A stretch of DNA of 64,000 nt. It comes from Eukaryota sp. TZLM1-RC (lineage: Eukaryota; Protista; Metamonada: BaSk clade). A program made the translations under genes and the position numbers. Position 1 is the first letter of the stretch. Each line of letters opens with the position of its first letter. The notes beneath the pieces were generated by a model. It did not search any database and had not been told where the DNA came from. It was given only the letters and a program-made list of their open reading frames with translations. Below are positions 35,319 to 48,200 of this stretch, piece after piece. The stretch covers positions 558,001 through 622,000 of the forward strand of contig JAUPSS010000012.1 of assembly GCA_040285825.1 (NCBI GenBank), read 5' to 3'.

Positions 35319-36201
35319 TGTCCTGTCTTGTCTTGAATAAATACATGATGTTTTTATGTTTCTAATACACTTAATCTTCACATATTAGTTCTTCAGTTCA
35401 CTAGTTCATACCATCACTAAGGGAATAAGGTTTTTCTGGGGGTTTTTTGATGATCTTCTCCAGAATGGAGACACTTGAATGGTCTTTGGTGGTACATATC
35501 TGCTTCACTTGTTCCGGTGTTTCGTATAGCAATAAAAGCTCTCTCTTAGATCCAAGAGTGTTCTTATTCTCAAAACCAACCAATGATTCCAGTGACCAAT
35601 GATCGATCAAAACTTGAAAAAGGCGACATAAATGTGAAAAACAAAGCTTTTCATGAAGTTAATCCACTGGATTCCTCAACTGTTTTGGTCATTTTTCAGA
35701 ATCCTCAGTAGTTGTCGAATTAAATAATGGAAGGATACACTTTGATGTATTGTATCTTGAATCGTGAATGTATCTGATCAAACTTGCACATTTAATAAAC
35801 AAATCATAACTAATGGTCACTATGGGGCAGAACGGTTTCATTGGTGTCTTTAATTAATGACAGAGGTTTTAAGACAGACGGAAACTATTCCCAAAATTTT
35901 GGACACGAACGGATGAAGTAATCAAGATTTTATGCCGTTAACCAGCAGAAAATTTGCACTGCTGGTATCCGATAAGACTATAGTGTCTCTTTTCTTGTTA
36001 TATTGGTGGTTATGCCCACGTGGTAATCAGTGATTAATATTGTGCATCCTAATGTAACATAGTATCCCTACAATTGTGCAATAAGGTCCAAAAAGAAAAA
36101 TATGGAATTTAAGTGTGAAAACAAAAAGCATTGAAATACAGTCTAAAAAACATTATCATGAAAATGTATAATATATACAAAAGAAACCCCACCAAACCCC
36201 A

Positions 36202-36540
36202 CTATACTATCAGAACCTTTTTGTAAAGTAGCCTCTTGGTCTCCATCTTTAACTTAATTACCAGGTAATAGAACGAAACAGTGAGAAGTCCCATTATTAG
36301 ATGAAATATCAAAAAGGAACCAACCGATTCACCGTAACAAGATGTATAAACCTTGAAGGGGTCAGAAGGTGTAGTTGTGTTAACGTGCTGACATACAGCT
36401 TCAACAGCATAGCCTGTGACGAGACAAGGGACTGTGGAAGAATCAGTATAAGTACAAGGTACACAAGGACCAGTCTCACAATCTATACTATTGTTTTCGG
36501 CAAAGATAAATGGAAAAAGAAGCAGCAGCAGTAGAAGCAT
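36202..36540 (-). CDS. JTB: JTB (jumping translocation breakpoint)-like small membrane protein
   Basis: Signal peptide, PCVPC..C..TGY..C..Y.SC six-Cys ectodomain, TM helix, basic tail. Confidence 0.72.
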   Translation of the reverse strand: MLLLLLLLFPFIFAENNSIDCETGPCVPCTYTDSSTVPCLVTGYAVEAVCQHVNTTTPSDPFKVYTSCYGESVGSFLIFHLIMGLLTVSFYYLVIKLKMETKRLLYKKVLIV

Positions 36541-36695
36541 TCGAGATTATGTGCAGGATGGAGAGTTTGCGAAGCATTATCACTTTGTTACACTTTGAAA
36601 TCCTCTTTCAACACCACTGACATTCTCTTCCTTTGAACGAGTTTTACACTGTATATTTCTCCTGTACTTATCTTTCCATTTGAAATAATCTTTTC
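36541..36695. promoter_or_regulatory. 155-bp divergent intergenic region, presumed bidirectional promoter
   Basis: Head-to-head ATGs at 36540 (-) and 36696 (+). Confidence 0.5.
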
Positions 36696-37397
36696 ATGTT
36701 CTTTGTCAACATTGTCGGACTCACTGGTGGCATTGCCACGGGAAAAACTACGGTCTCTTCGCTGTTTAGCCAACTTAATGCAGCAATCGTTGATTCTGAC
36801 GAAATTGCAAAATCTATTGTCAAACCTGGCAAACCTGCCTTCAAACGTATTGTAGCCACTTTTGGTGAGCAAGTCCTAGACGAAGAAGGTAACCTGGACA
36901 GACAAAAATTAGGCTCCATCATCTTCAAAGACCCTTCTGCAAGAAGGAAACTCAACTCCATAACTCATCCCAAAGTCATTTTTGAAATGATTAAGCAAAC
37001 TATTCTGCACTGGGTGTGTCTCCGTCTCGTTGTGGTCTGGAATACGCCTCTCCTCATTGAGACAAACCTTCATAAGCTCTGCAAGTCTGTGGTGGTTGTG
37101 TTTGCTGAGCCTGAAGTGCAACTAGACCGGCTCATAAAGAGGGACGGGCTGGAGAAAGATGCTGCATTGGATAGGATATACGCACAGATGAGCATACATG
37201 ATAAGTGTAGATTAGCTGATCACGTTGTAAATAATAATGGTGATTTGAATAGTACATGTAGCCAAATCAGCAGCGTATATAAGAAAATTAGCCCTTCTCA
37301 TCCTTTATTGGTTCGTTTTACTAGAATTGGTTTGATGGGCTTTTTGTTGTGGCTAGTGTATTTTACATCACTGGTTGTTGTAAGAATGATTGTTTAA
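36696..37397 (+). CDS. DCAKD: Dephospho-CoA kinase (CoaE/DCAKD type) with C-terminal membrane anchor
   Basis: VGLTGGIATGKTT, LDRQKLGSIIF, LNSITHP, PLLIE, QLDRLIKRD, RIYAQM, NNGD. Confidence 0.95.
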   Translation: MFFVNIVGLTGGIATGKTTVSSLFSQLNAAIVDSDEIAKSIVKPGKPAFKRIVATFGEQVLDEEGNLDRQKLGSIIFKDPSARRKLNSITHPKVIFEMIKQTILHWVCLRLVVVWNTPLLIETNLHKLCKSVVVVFAEPEVQLDRLIKRDGLEKDAALDRIYAQMSIHDKCRLADHVVNNNGDLNSTCSQISSVYKKISPSHPLLVRFTRIGLMGFLLWLVYFTSLVVVRMIV

Positions 37398-37968
37398 GAG
37401 TGGTGATGAGTGTATCTGCTGTGATAGGTTTTTTTGGTTTGTGCATATTGTGAGGGAATTTTTTATTGCTCAGGTATTCTTTAAAGTTTTTTCTTTTGAA
37501 TAAATTATTGGGATTAATTCTATTTGTTTTATTCTTTTTGCTATTTCTTCTCCAAATTGACATTGCTGAGTTTATGTTTATAGAACTTGCATGCATGAAA
37601 GTTGAAGAGTGGTAAGAGATGTTATTGTGGGTTTTGGAGATGGAACAACTGTCCGGATATCCTTTGATATCCTTACCATCCCTGTTCTCTTCATTCTTGC
37701 TTCCGTTCTTGCACTCTAATTGTTCTCTTCACAACACTTTTGTATCCATTTTCCCATTTGATATATTTTCAACAGTTTGAACAACATCATGATTTTGAAG
37801 CAAATTTGCGGTCTAAATGTTGATATTCTTTTGTGCTATTTTACCAAAATCATAAGGTATTTCAATCTGTTCATGTTACTGCAGTGTTTTCAAAATTGTT
37901 TTTGTAAATGATTGTTTTGTCAACTTCCATTCAGGTATTAAAAACCCTGAAATAGAATTAGTTTGTTG

Positions 37969-38542
37969 CTAAGTTACCGAGTGCGACGATTTTGAGTGCG
38001 ACGATTTTTCGAATTAATTTTTACTATTATTATTAAATTAATAATATTAATTATTAATGTAAGTATTAGAAAGCACAATGTATAAAAATAGTAGTAGAAT
38101 AGTACATTAATTCTTCACCCCACCAACACCATTTGTAATCCCATTTTTAGCCTGAAAGACCACTTTTTCATAGAACTACAACAAGAAAACCAAGTAGATG
38201 ACAATGAGGAGCATCAGCCAGTTGAGTTCTTGTCAGCTGAACAGTTTTTGGCAGCGGAAATTCAAGATGGAAGGATGTTTGTTGAAGCTGATGTGATTGA
38301 AGAAGAAATTGTTGTGTTTCATTGTCGTGAACTTGATTGTTCTCGTGATTGTTCTGATAGTATAAGTGATAGTATTTTTTTGAATTAGTGTTAAAATTAC
38401 TGTAAAAATTGTTTTGGATACGACGTAAACCTCATATGAATATGAACAACACAACAATGTAAACCGTTTTTTCACATTGAATAGTCTTGATCAAAGTGAG
38501 TGCGATGCCGAGGTCGCACTCAGTACGCACTCGGTAACTTAG
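37969..38542. mobile_element. MITE / non-autonomous DNA transposon, 574 bp
   Basis: Perfect 17-bp TIR CTAAGTTACCGAGTGCG (37969-37985 and 38526-38542), subterminal GAGTGCGA repeats, 8-bp TSD GTTTGTTG/GTTTTTTG; empty sites at ~45850, ~50670, ~54235. Confidence 0.9.
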
Positions 38543-39731
38543 GTTTTTTGTCAATTTGAATTTTATTAAGTGTTTTAGTTCAATAAAGCAATTCAATTAT
38601 GTAAGAAGGTTGAAACAATTTATTTTCTTATTGTTACAAATATTTGTTGAGAAACTCTTTTGAGGAAATTCAGCAATTGACACATGGTTATAAAACAAGG
38701 GATCACAATCCAAGGAATAAATTGGATTTGTTGAGTTGGCATTCATCTTAATGAATTTTTAAGTAGAATTACTTTTTATTTATTAAACTTTTCTTTAATT
38801 ATTAATACTAAGTAATATTTTTTGTAGATTCCATTTTACAGGATTATAAAGATTGACTGGAGTTTGCTCAGTTGGGTTTTTTTCTGTAGTTATAAAAACA
38901 TAATTCATTTTTGAGTCAAAATCAAAAATATTTCTTGTATTTCAGTACCCAGACTTAATAGCACTCAATTTATTGAACCAACATTCCCTTTGTTTTTGAA
39001 ATGAACTGAGGAGAAAATGAAACACAAATTTCAAATTATGAGCCATTTTGATAGAGCATCAGCACTAGAATGAGTAAATCGCATATGTGTAATTACGAGT
39101 AATATTGCTTTCTCAATATTTATTTTAAATGAATTAACGTTTAAAGATTACGGTTGACTTTACAGAACTATTTACAATAATTAATCACAAATTGATATCA
39201 ATACATTCCCTCCACCATGATACTGAAAAGAAGTCAGATGTAACAAAAGCCCGAAATTAAGATATAAAAGAGAGGATTGTTTGTTGATAGTTTGAATCAG
39301 ATAATATCTAACACGTAAAATTGGACAAATAAGTAGTTGTAAAAACGTGGACATGTAAGCATCATCAGTGAGAGTAAGATGCATGAACGGGATTTATCAA
39401 GACCATCAAAAGTGAATAACAGAAACCAAATGAGATCATTGTAGCATTCATAGACATATCATTATCAGTAGACTGAACAAAATATCATGTAGGAGGGATG
39501 TTACTAGGAGAAGCGAAACATTATTTAATAATAATAATGAGATAATAATAAGGAGAAGCGAAAAGCTGACATTATTTACTGGAGAAGAGTTTGTGGATGT
39601 TTGCAGAAGATGAATGAAAATCATCAAGAACTGAGTTTGAACCAGAGAATTATTGGAACGAAGATGAACTTAAGTATGATGTGTCATTGTGGGTAACATT
39701 CTGGGTGACATTGATTAGTTTAGGAGTTGAA

Positions 39732-42700
39732 ATGAATTCTATATTATTCGCTTCTTCAATGAATCAATCTGCAGTTGAATTTACTCTGAATCTTTTCAAC
39801 AGCGGTGAAGAGAGCAATGTCCATGATCTAAAACGTTCATTGGCCAAGTCTGCTAGTCATAAAAGATCTGGAAAGTGTTCGCTGCTCTTCACAATTCGCC
39901 GGGTCAGTGTCCTTTTTTGGCCAAATTATCCACTTCGTCGTCTTACCTCATCATTGGTGTGGACGAGGATGGAATTGGTGTGGACGAGGATGAAACTTCT
40001 TTTTATACATCTTCTGCATTTAAAACTGATTTACGTTCTGTTGCTCTTCACTTCCAAGAAGGCAAAGCTTTACCTTCTCACATCAACTTAGAGAATTCTT
40101 TACCAGATGATAAAATTTTTTCCGAGTTACTTTCTTCGATCTTTAAATGTATTCCTCGTGTTGAGTTTCACGCATTGTTTACTGTCAGTTTGGATGTGGA
40201 CAAATCTGAGCAGAACAAAAAACCACCAACGAGAACTGTCTTTCTACTTGAGATTTGCTGTGGTTTGGCTCTCTTATGTTATAGCAATCAGATTTGGGTC
40301 AGAAATGGATCAATTTGTTCAAAATTTGAGGAATTGACTGTTTCACAGCAACTTTCTGTTGTTCAGAAATTTTCTTCATGTGATGTTTTCTCCTTTTTGT
40401 CGCGTGTAGTTGTTATTTTCAATTCTTCTTCTTGCTTTGCTCAGGACTCTTATTCTCTTCCAAGACATTCTTTGTTATTCAATTTTATTTCGTTGCCATG
40501 GAAATTTGTTCTTGACGTTTCACCAACTGCCATGTCCGATTTTCATTCTAGGGGCTTTTACAAACATGTGCCTGATCTCCTTTCCAGTGAAACTTCTTTC
40601 ACTAATTCGCTTCATGAGCTCAAATTGTCAGATCAGGATATTGTTTCGTTTGGTTTAAATATACCATTTATTTCATGTAATAGTAGCCTAGATCTGGCAA
40701 TTCTTTCATGGTGCTCGTTCTACCGTAGCAATATTTGCTATCGGTTTGGTTTTCAAGGCGAATCAGGTTTATCATCATTTACTCAGTTACCTTTTACCTG
40801 TCATTCTGAAGATGATCTTGCCAAACATTTCAAATGTTTTCTTTCAGGTGATAAGCCCCATTTTTCACTCTTAGGAACTGATTGCGTGATTCCTTCTCAT
40901 TATGGAATTGTTCGCTTACAATCGAACTTGAAAGCTGTCTTCAAGGAAGATAAATGGAAAATTGGAGTTTTTGAAGTTGAGAAAACAGAACACTGCAATG
41001 GTTGTCGCACTGCCGTGCTGACTTCGTTGGCTAAAATTGGTGATCAAGAACGTTTTTCATCATTTGTGATTAATTCAGATACTAGAGAAGATCAGCGAAA
41101 AGCATTGTCTGTGATTTTATCTTCTTCAATTGATTACATAGTCATTTTCATTGATGGTATTTCCAAAAAACATTTTGTAAAAGATATTTTAGAGTTTGAA
41201 TCACGAGAATGGCTATCAAAACCGTCCAAGCTATTATTTGTAGTCACAAAGTTTACCTCATCTCCAAAATATGATTGCAACAATCGCAGTGCTATGCATC
41301 ATCAACCATTTTTCCCAAAGGGAGAAAGGGCGGAACTTTCGTTCTGGAACTACCATTATAATCCTTATAACATTCCAGGTTTCTTTACCAATTTTGAAAG
41401 CAACCTCAAGAATCTTTGTTGTAGATTTAAACTACCTGAACTTGAAAACGCAACTTCTTATGAACATTCCTTATTACTCTATGTTGGGGTCCTTGTATTC
41501 CGAAGGTCAACCGATAAAATGAAAGAGACCGTTGGCTATCTTATTAAACAGTTTTTTACAAGACCTGTAGGAGATCATGAATTATATCGCTTTACGCGTT
41601 GATTCTGATACTGACTTCCTAATAGATATCGTTGAGTGCGTCGTATTACCATTATGCTTATACTGTCGTACAGCAGAAAGTCTTTCTTTAAAAGATTGTA
41701 CGGATTTTCTCCACACGTTGAGTCAGATACAATGTACATCGGGTTGTGTCAGGTTTGGAAAGCGTTTGTTGTCTACTCGTCTTTTATGTGTTTTATTTAA
41801 ACGCTTTCTTAAGTCTAAACAATCAAGGCAAATTCTTAATAACTGGATTTCCGAATTTGGTATATCCCTTGACAATGTGAAAATAGCTATCGATAACAGT
41901 TCTAGGACTAACCCGAGTTCTGTATTTACTGAACTTGGTGATTTTTATCGCTACAGAGATTGCAGTCAAGATGTGCAGAACAAAGATCAAAATATACAAA
42001 ATGTAGTTGATTGTTATTCCTATGCTTTGCAGTATGATCCTTCCAATACTTTTGCAAAACATGGCCTTTTATCTGCTTTTTATTTTGCTTGTGAGTGGAA
42101 TATTAGCAAAAGGTTTCTTTTGGATGAACTTGACTTCAAACTTGATTTTATTCTTTTTGTTCATCTGTTAGGTAATGCTGCTTCGCTTCGTGGCAAATCT
42201 GTGATTTTAAAAGAAGAGCTTGCCAGTCTATCCTCCACAAAAGAAACCAGTAATACTCTTGTCCTCTGTTTCATTTGTGATCTTATTAAAAATGGCCGTG
42301 TTCTGCCTGATGCCCAAGAAGCAAAAATCTTGTTCAGGTCTTCAACTGCTTATTCTTCCTCCTGCAAGGTTTTAACTGCGCTATTTTCGGTCTTTCGTTT
42401 CCTTTTTCAATGGTCACATCATCCTGAAGCAGATGAATCGAATTTTGTTGAGGACTGTTATCTCTTTGATCAAAATGTTTCTCTGCTCAATGATTTTTCT
42501 TCAAAGAAGATGTTGAACAATTTGCTGAGTTAGATTTTGAAACAAAAAGATACCTGAATACATTTATCATTCATCTGTCAGCATTGAGGTATCTAATTTG
42601 TTTTACATTGGACAAATTGGATTTCAAGAAGTTTTGGATATACCATAGATTTTGTGATCTTAAAGACAGTCCCAATGTGCTACCCAAAAGTAGTTTGTTT

Positions 42701-42850
42701 GTCCTGGAAAGGACCAATGATAACAATTTTGTCTTAATAAATAAGCAAGTTGATGTTGATTGTATTGATTCATTGAATTTTAATGATCATTATTTTTGTT
42801 TCACTTCAACAATAGCTTCTGAATGGGGGGTAGCATTGTTAAAGAACTAA
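39732..42850 (+). pseudogene. SAMD9-like protein, subfamily A (AlbA_2, SIR2-like, STAND-like NTPase, TPR); frameshifted near 39870, 41590 and 42530-42580
   Basis: GEESNVHDLK, FAALHNS, YLIIGVDED, IWVRNGS; LPWKFVLDVSP..SRG; FLSGDKP; HCNGCRTA; IFID; FTELGDFYR..YSYALQYDPSN. Confidence 0.65.
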
Positions 42851-42959
42851 CTCTAGACTTGAACAGATTTCACAGAAAAGGAAACAGATATTATTGTTTG
42901 TCATCAAAGAAAGTTTAAAATAAATAAATCTATAAGTATAAATGATAATAAATGGTATA

Positions 42960-43351
42960 ATTAAAAAATATTTATTGAATTTGCACACTTAATTAAATTA
43001 ATTCATAACTAATGGGACGAATATCATTGAACCAAGATTTTTCAACAAAATCTTGATCTGCTTTCTGTGTAGCTAAAGCTTCTCTTATTCGATTGAAAAA
43101 CCGAGGTAATCTATTAATAATGGCAAATTGAATCCGTGAACGCCATAAGCAAATACCAAATCTTCTCATTGTTTTTTCTTTAACCATTTTTTGGAAGTCA
43201 TTCAAAAAAGTTTCTGCTTCATGTGATAATCTTCCGTTTATCGAAAACGGAAAAGCAATAAAAACTAGCTGTGTATTTCTATCGACATTAGCCTCCTCAG
43301 TATCTTTATCATATTTTCTATGTCTTTCTTTTGCTTTAAAATCAAGAACAT
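42960..43351 (-). mobile_element. 3' fragment of a CRE-like non-LTR element
   Basis: KAKERHRKY..FIAFPFSINGRL; the same subfamily recurs at 44.3-44.7, 51.5-52.2 and 60.6-61.3 kb. Confidence 0.75.
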
Positions 43352-43369
43352 TTAACAAAACATGTAACA

Positions 43370-44701
43370 TGTAACAAGGGTCTTAATGTTTCATCACTAA
43401 CTTCATCATCTAGATCATCTGAACCTTAAGTTTTGGCATTGGTAAATTTCAAGTTTAAATTGTGTTCAATCAACCAACTTAAGGTTAATGGTAAATTATA
43501 TCATTTACATGTAAAAACATGATAATTAACTAAAACCCAAACCAGCGAAAATCATCCTTCATGAGAAATTTTAGTTAGTTTAATAATAAATAAATAATAA
43601 ATAAGAATAAAGATTTCCACTCAAAACCATGTTCTAGGTTCAAATACCACCACCTCCAACAAAATAACAGTAGAAATCCCAATGTTTGTGGGTTCAACTC
43701 CCAGTTGTCGGAAATCATATGGGGTAATCATAAGGGAATAGAGGGTGCAAATGTGATGAAAATCAGCAAGCTAAGGTCAATGAAATGTATAATGAAGTTT
43801 GCTGGACAATACAGGTGTGGAATGGAAACTGAATGTCCCAGGTATGAATTTGAAGTAAAAGTAGAATACAGTGTGGAGAACGATGGTGGTGAATATCAAG
43901 TATCTTTCTTGTTGAAATAAGCACGAGCACATCAAGAGAATGATCAAGAAAAAGAGTGATTATACCAGAGACACATTATATGGATGATACGAAAGTAGAG
44001 GGAATGAACTGAAAGAACTACACCAAGAATGAAGTGAGTTGGGTTTCAAAGAATATCTTGAAAGGATATCTGTAATGTTTACAGTTTCTGAAGGGTGTAA
44101 AAATATCCGATCGATCGGCTTGGACAGAAGATTCAAAACCTAATATCCGAGGGTCGTCTAGGTTATTTAGATTGTGCTACGTCAATAACAGGATTCTTGA
44201 ACTTTATAGACAGAATAATCAAGGCTGACTATGTAAGTCTAAAAATAATATGAAGTTATTGCTTCTTTGTTATTTAATATTTATTGAATTTTCACACTTA
44301 ATTAAATTAACTCATAACTAATGGGACGACTATCATTGAACCAAGATTTCCTCTACAAAATCTTGATCTGCTTGCTGTCTAGCTAAAGCTTCTCTTATTC
44401 GATTGAAAAACCGAGGTAATCTATTAATAATGGCAAATTGAATCCGTGAACGCCATAAGACAATATCAAAACTTTTCATTGTTTTTACTTGAACATTTTT
44501 TTGGAAATCATTCAAAAAAGTTTCTGCTTCATTTGATAATCTTCCATTAATCGAAAATGGGAAAGCAATAAAAACCAGCTGTGTATTTCTATCAACATTA
44601 GCCTCCTCAGTATCTGTATCATATTTTCTATGTCTTTCTTTTGCTTTAAAATCAAGAACACTTACAGGACCAAGTTTTCCTCTGTGAACAACAGTATCAT
44701 T
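43370..44701. repeat. Segmental duplication, near-identical to 59723-61054
   Basis: Same sequence from TGTAACAAGGG to ACAGTATCATT in both places. Confidence 0.95.
43740..44230 (+). pseudogene. Possible decayed protein kinase fragment (duplicated at ~60090-60580)
   Basis: E..VMK.SKL.SMKCIMKFAGQY..VEY..GG and a KISD..GL-like piece in broken frames. Confidence 0.3.
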
Positions 44702-45245
44702 GAAATCAATGTTGGAATAGACTTGAAAATGCAGAAAACAATTCTATTTATCCAGAAAGTGGAGTTCATTGTTTTACCAGACCTATTCAGTAACACTTTT
44801 TTGAAATTTTCAAAAAAGTGCAACCCTGAAGGTCCAATATTGCCAAAAAGAGAAATTGCAAACGGCACAAACTGATATTTCACATGTTCCACTCTACCTA
44901 ACTGTGCCAAAGGTTCTTCATATTTTTTTATCTTCTTTTTTTCGGCGTTAAAATTACAGAAATGTCATCCATATATGCTACAATATCTATTTCTGGGAAT
45001 TTTTCTTTCAATTCGCACATTAATGGATGAATTGCCAGACAAAAGAAAAAAGGACCAAGTGGATCACCTTGTTTAACACCTGAAGACGAAAACAGGTCAA
45101 AGTTTTCATAGACCAATGTGGATGATTTTCCATAAAATGAATAGAAAAAAGGCTCAACTTCAGGAAAATGCTTTTTGCAGCAAAGGTAAAATGGAAGAAC
45201 GAGATACAGAATTGAAAGCATTCTTAAAATCTAAATTGAAGATGT
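44275..45245 (-). mobile_element. Patchwork of CRE-like fragments: two RLE 3' ends and an RT core piece
   Basis: RLE motifs VPFAISLFGNIG and FIAFPFSING; RT SGVKQGDPLGP..YMDD and LDFKNAF. Confidence 0.85.
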
Positions 45246-48200
45246 TCTATAAAGTTAACCGTAATCTTTAAACGTTAATTCATTTAAAATAATTATTTAG
45301 AAAGCAACATTACCCGTAATTACACATATACGATTTACTCATTCAAGTGCTGATGCTCTATCAAAATGGCTCATAATTTGAAATTTGTGTTTCATTCTCT
45401 CCTCAGTTCATTTCAAAAACACAGGGAATGTTGGTTCAATAAATTGAGTGCTATTAAGTCTGGGTACTGAAATACAAGAAATATTTTTGATTTTGACTCA
45501 AAAATGAATTATGTTTTTATAACTACAGAAAAAAACCCAACTGAGCAAACTCCAGTCAATCTTTATAATCCTGTAAAATGGAAACTACAAAAAAATATTA
45601 CTTAGTATTAATTAATAAGAAGTAATTCCACTAAACATTCATTAAGATGAATGCCAACTCAACAAATCCAATTTATTCCTTGGATTGTGATCTCGTGTTT
45701 TATATCCATGTGTCAATTGCTGAATTTCCTCAAAAGAGTTTCGCAACAAATATTTGTAACAATAAGAAGAAAAATTGTTTCAACCTCCTTACATAATTGA
45801 ATTGTTTTATTGAACTACAACACTTAATAAAAATTCAAATTGACAAAAAAACTAATTCTCATTTGGCACATTACAGAAGACAACGTCAACAGCAGCTTTA
45901 GAGTCCGCAACCCTATCGCATTATATATCACCCCTGTCATCAACTAAAAATATTCAATGACAGTTCATCTTTCACCAGAGGCTCTTTAATACACCAGATT
46001 CAGGCAGTTCATGCCATATTGAACACAGTGCCTCTAACAGCATCATGTTATGAAGAACAATCAGTTATCAATTCCGAACAATTCAGAGCATGATGCAAAG
46101 TGAGCTGTGGTGAATTTGAATACACTTTTTAGTGATAATTGATCAATAGGAATGTTCAAACATATTTATGCAAAAAAATAAAATAGTCTATAACATATAA
46201 CAACAAATATAAGATAAGGTAACCGATGAAAACTCATTCGCAATGGTTCATGCATATGTTCTGAAACATTGTGGAAGTTGTGAAACAGCAGGGTTTTTCA
46301 AATATAAACAAAAACTAAGCTTTTTAAATAGACTCATCTACCTTAATAAACAATCACAGGGTTTTTGGTGAAATTTTAAGGTAGGGTTTATTTTTGGAGA
46401 AAATAATAATAGCATTTGAATCACAAAATACTGTGACGGGCAATTGGTCATTTGATAGAGTTCTCACATTCATGCTGCCTACACTGTCTTTGGTCAACGC
46501 AGCTGGCATGAACATGTAAGAATCCTGCTGTGCCTTACACAGCCTATATTTGGAATCTCTTAGTTCAAGATAACAGGATTGTTGATTTATAAATTGGTCA
46601 TCAATAAGAACAATGTTGAAATTCTTGGATCGGAATAACTCAGGCTTAAAATATAATTGGAGCATTGTAGTTAGTGTACAGTTTTTACTACTACTACTAG
46701 TGAAAACATCTTCCAAATTATTAAATACAGATTCACAATCAGTTTCACCGTAAAGAAACAGAGTAGCTGCCTCTAAAGATAGATTTCGGTGGTCTTTCTC
46801 CACAACAGTTGCCAATGTAAAACAATCTGAATTATCATCATCTTCATCATGTTGCAACAATAGTCGCGATTGAGGAATTTTGATATACTCAGCAACAGTA
46901 TCATTATCCCAAACCAAATTTCGATCGTCAAAAGATAACATCTTACTTATGAAGAAAAAAAGACCATATTCTACCAACTGCTAGTTGCTCATCATCAGAC
47001 AATGCTTCAAAACTGTGAGACAGCAAAAATTCTCCCATACTCGTAAACCATGAATCAAATTGAAGGACGGAATCTGGGGATTTTTCAACTAAAGAAATAA
47101 ATAACTCATGTGTGAGATACTCGCTGGTGGAAAAACGGTTAGCCAAATCATTTCTACCCGAAAAATAACAACAACAATATGTCAATAAAAATCCATGCGC
47201 TGCAAAAAGTAGACCCGGAATCCTCAGCCAATGCCTGTTGATAGGAAATCAACGAGAGATCCAAACAGTGTGCTCTCCTGGAATGCAAATTTTGAGCAAA
47301 ATAACGGAATGTATCCCCTAGAATAGTGAAGAACTGAGAAATTTGACGTTCTTTAACAAAACCTTCAGGCACATCGTAATCTCCAAATTTTTCAACAATT
47401 TTGCCACTGTTGTTAAAAAAATACAAATGGCTTCATCTATAAGTTTTTCAACTTCGAATCCCTCTTTTGCACAAATTTTCAAAAACGAACATTGAAGCTG
47501 ACTATATAATAATTCTGAAGGAAGATTTTCGCTAGTACATCGGATTAAAAAAATAGAGATCAAAAGCATCTTTTGGTTGAATTTTAATTTTACCTCTTCG
47601 ATTAAGAAATAACTTTCGAATAACCTTTATAAAAACAGAATGAAACCATGCTTCGCTTCCAGAATCCCAAAGAAGACGAAAAGCATTCATAATAGTTGAT
47701 TCGCCAGAGTTGGTTGAAGAAGAACAAATTATTTCAGCAACAGTTCTATTTATACAAAATAGACCTGTACCAGCTCCAACAGCAGGGAGAATAATTCTGT
47801 TAAAACAAGGCAACTTTTCAAAATTAGAATGAAATCTTTCAGAAGTGAATAAATCAAGGGGAAATTGTTCTGATTTCCCAGTCACCGAAAACAAGACAAT
47901 AAAATAGAAATAGTCCTTTATCTCGATCGTTCAGTTTCTTCCACATTGAATCGAGCAAACTCTTAACTGTAGTCTCAGCTAAGGAAAAATTCTTCTTAAA
48001 TAATGCAATTCCTATATATAAGAAATCTTTTTCAACATGTCGTCCTAGTTTTTTTGTTTAATTGATCACAACGTTTGTTCAAAGTAGAAATAAAATTGTC
48101 TCTATAAAGATTCATTTCATACGTGTATTTTTTTGTATCGAAACATCCTTTCTTTCAAGGCCGGTAACTTGTTTCCAATGTACACCAAATGAAAAAAACT

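Noticed and set aside
43630-43710. tRNA T-loop-like motifs GGTTCAAAT and GGTTCAACTCC
   Set aside because: No cloverleaf or D-arm can be built around them
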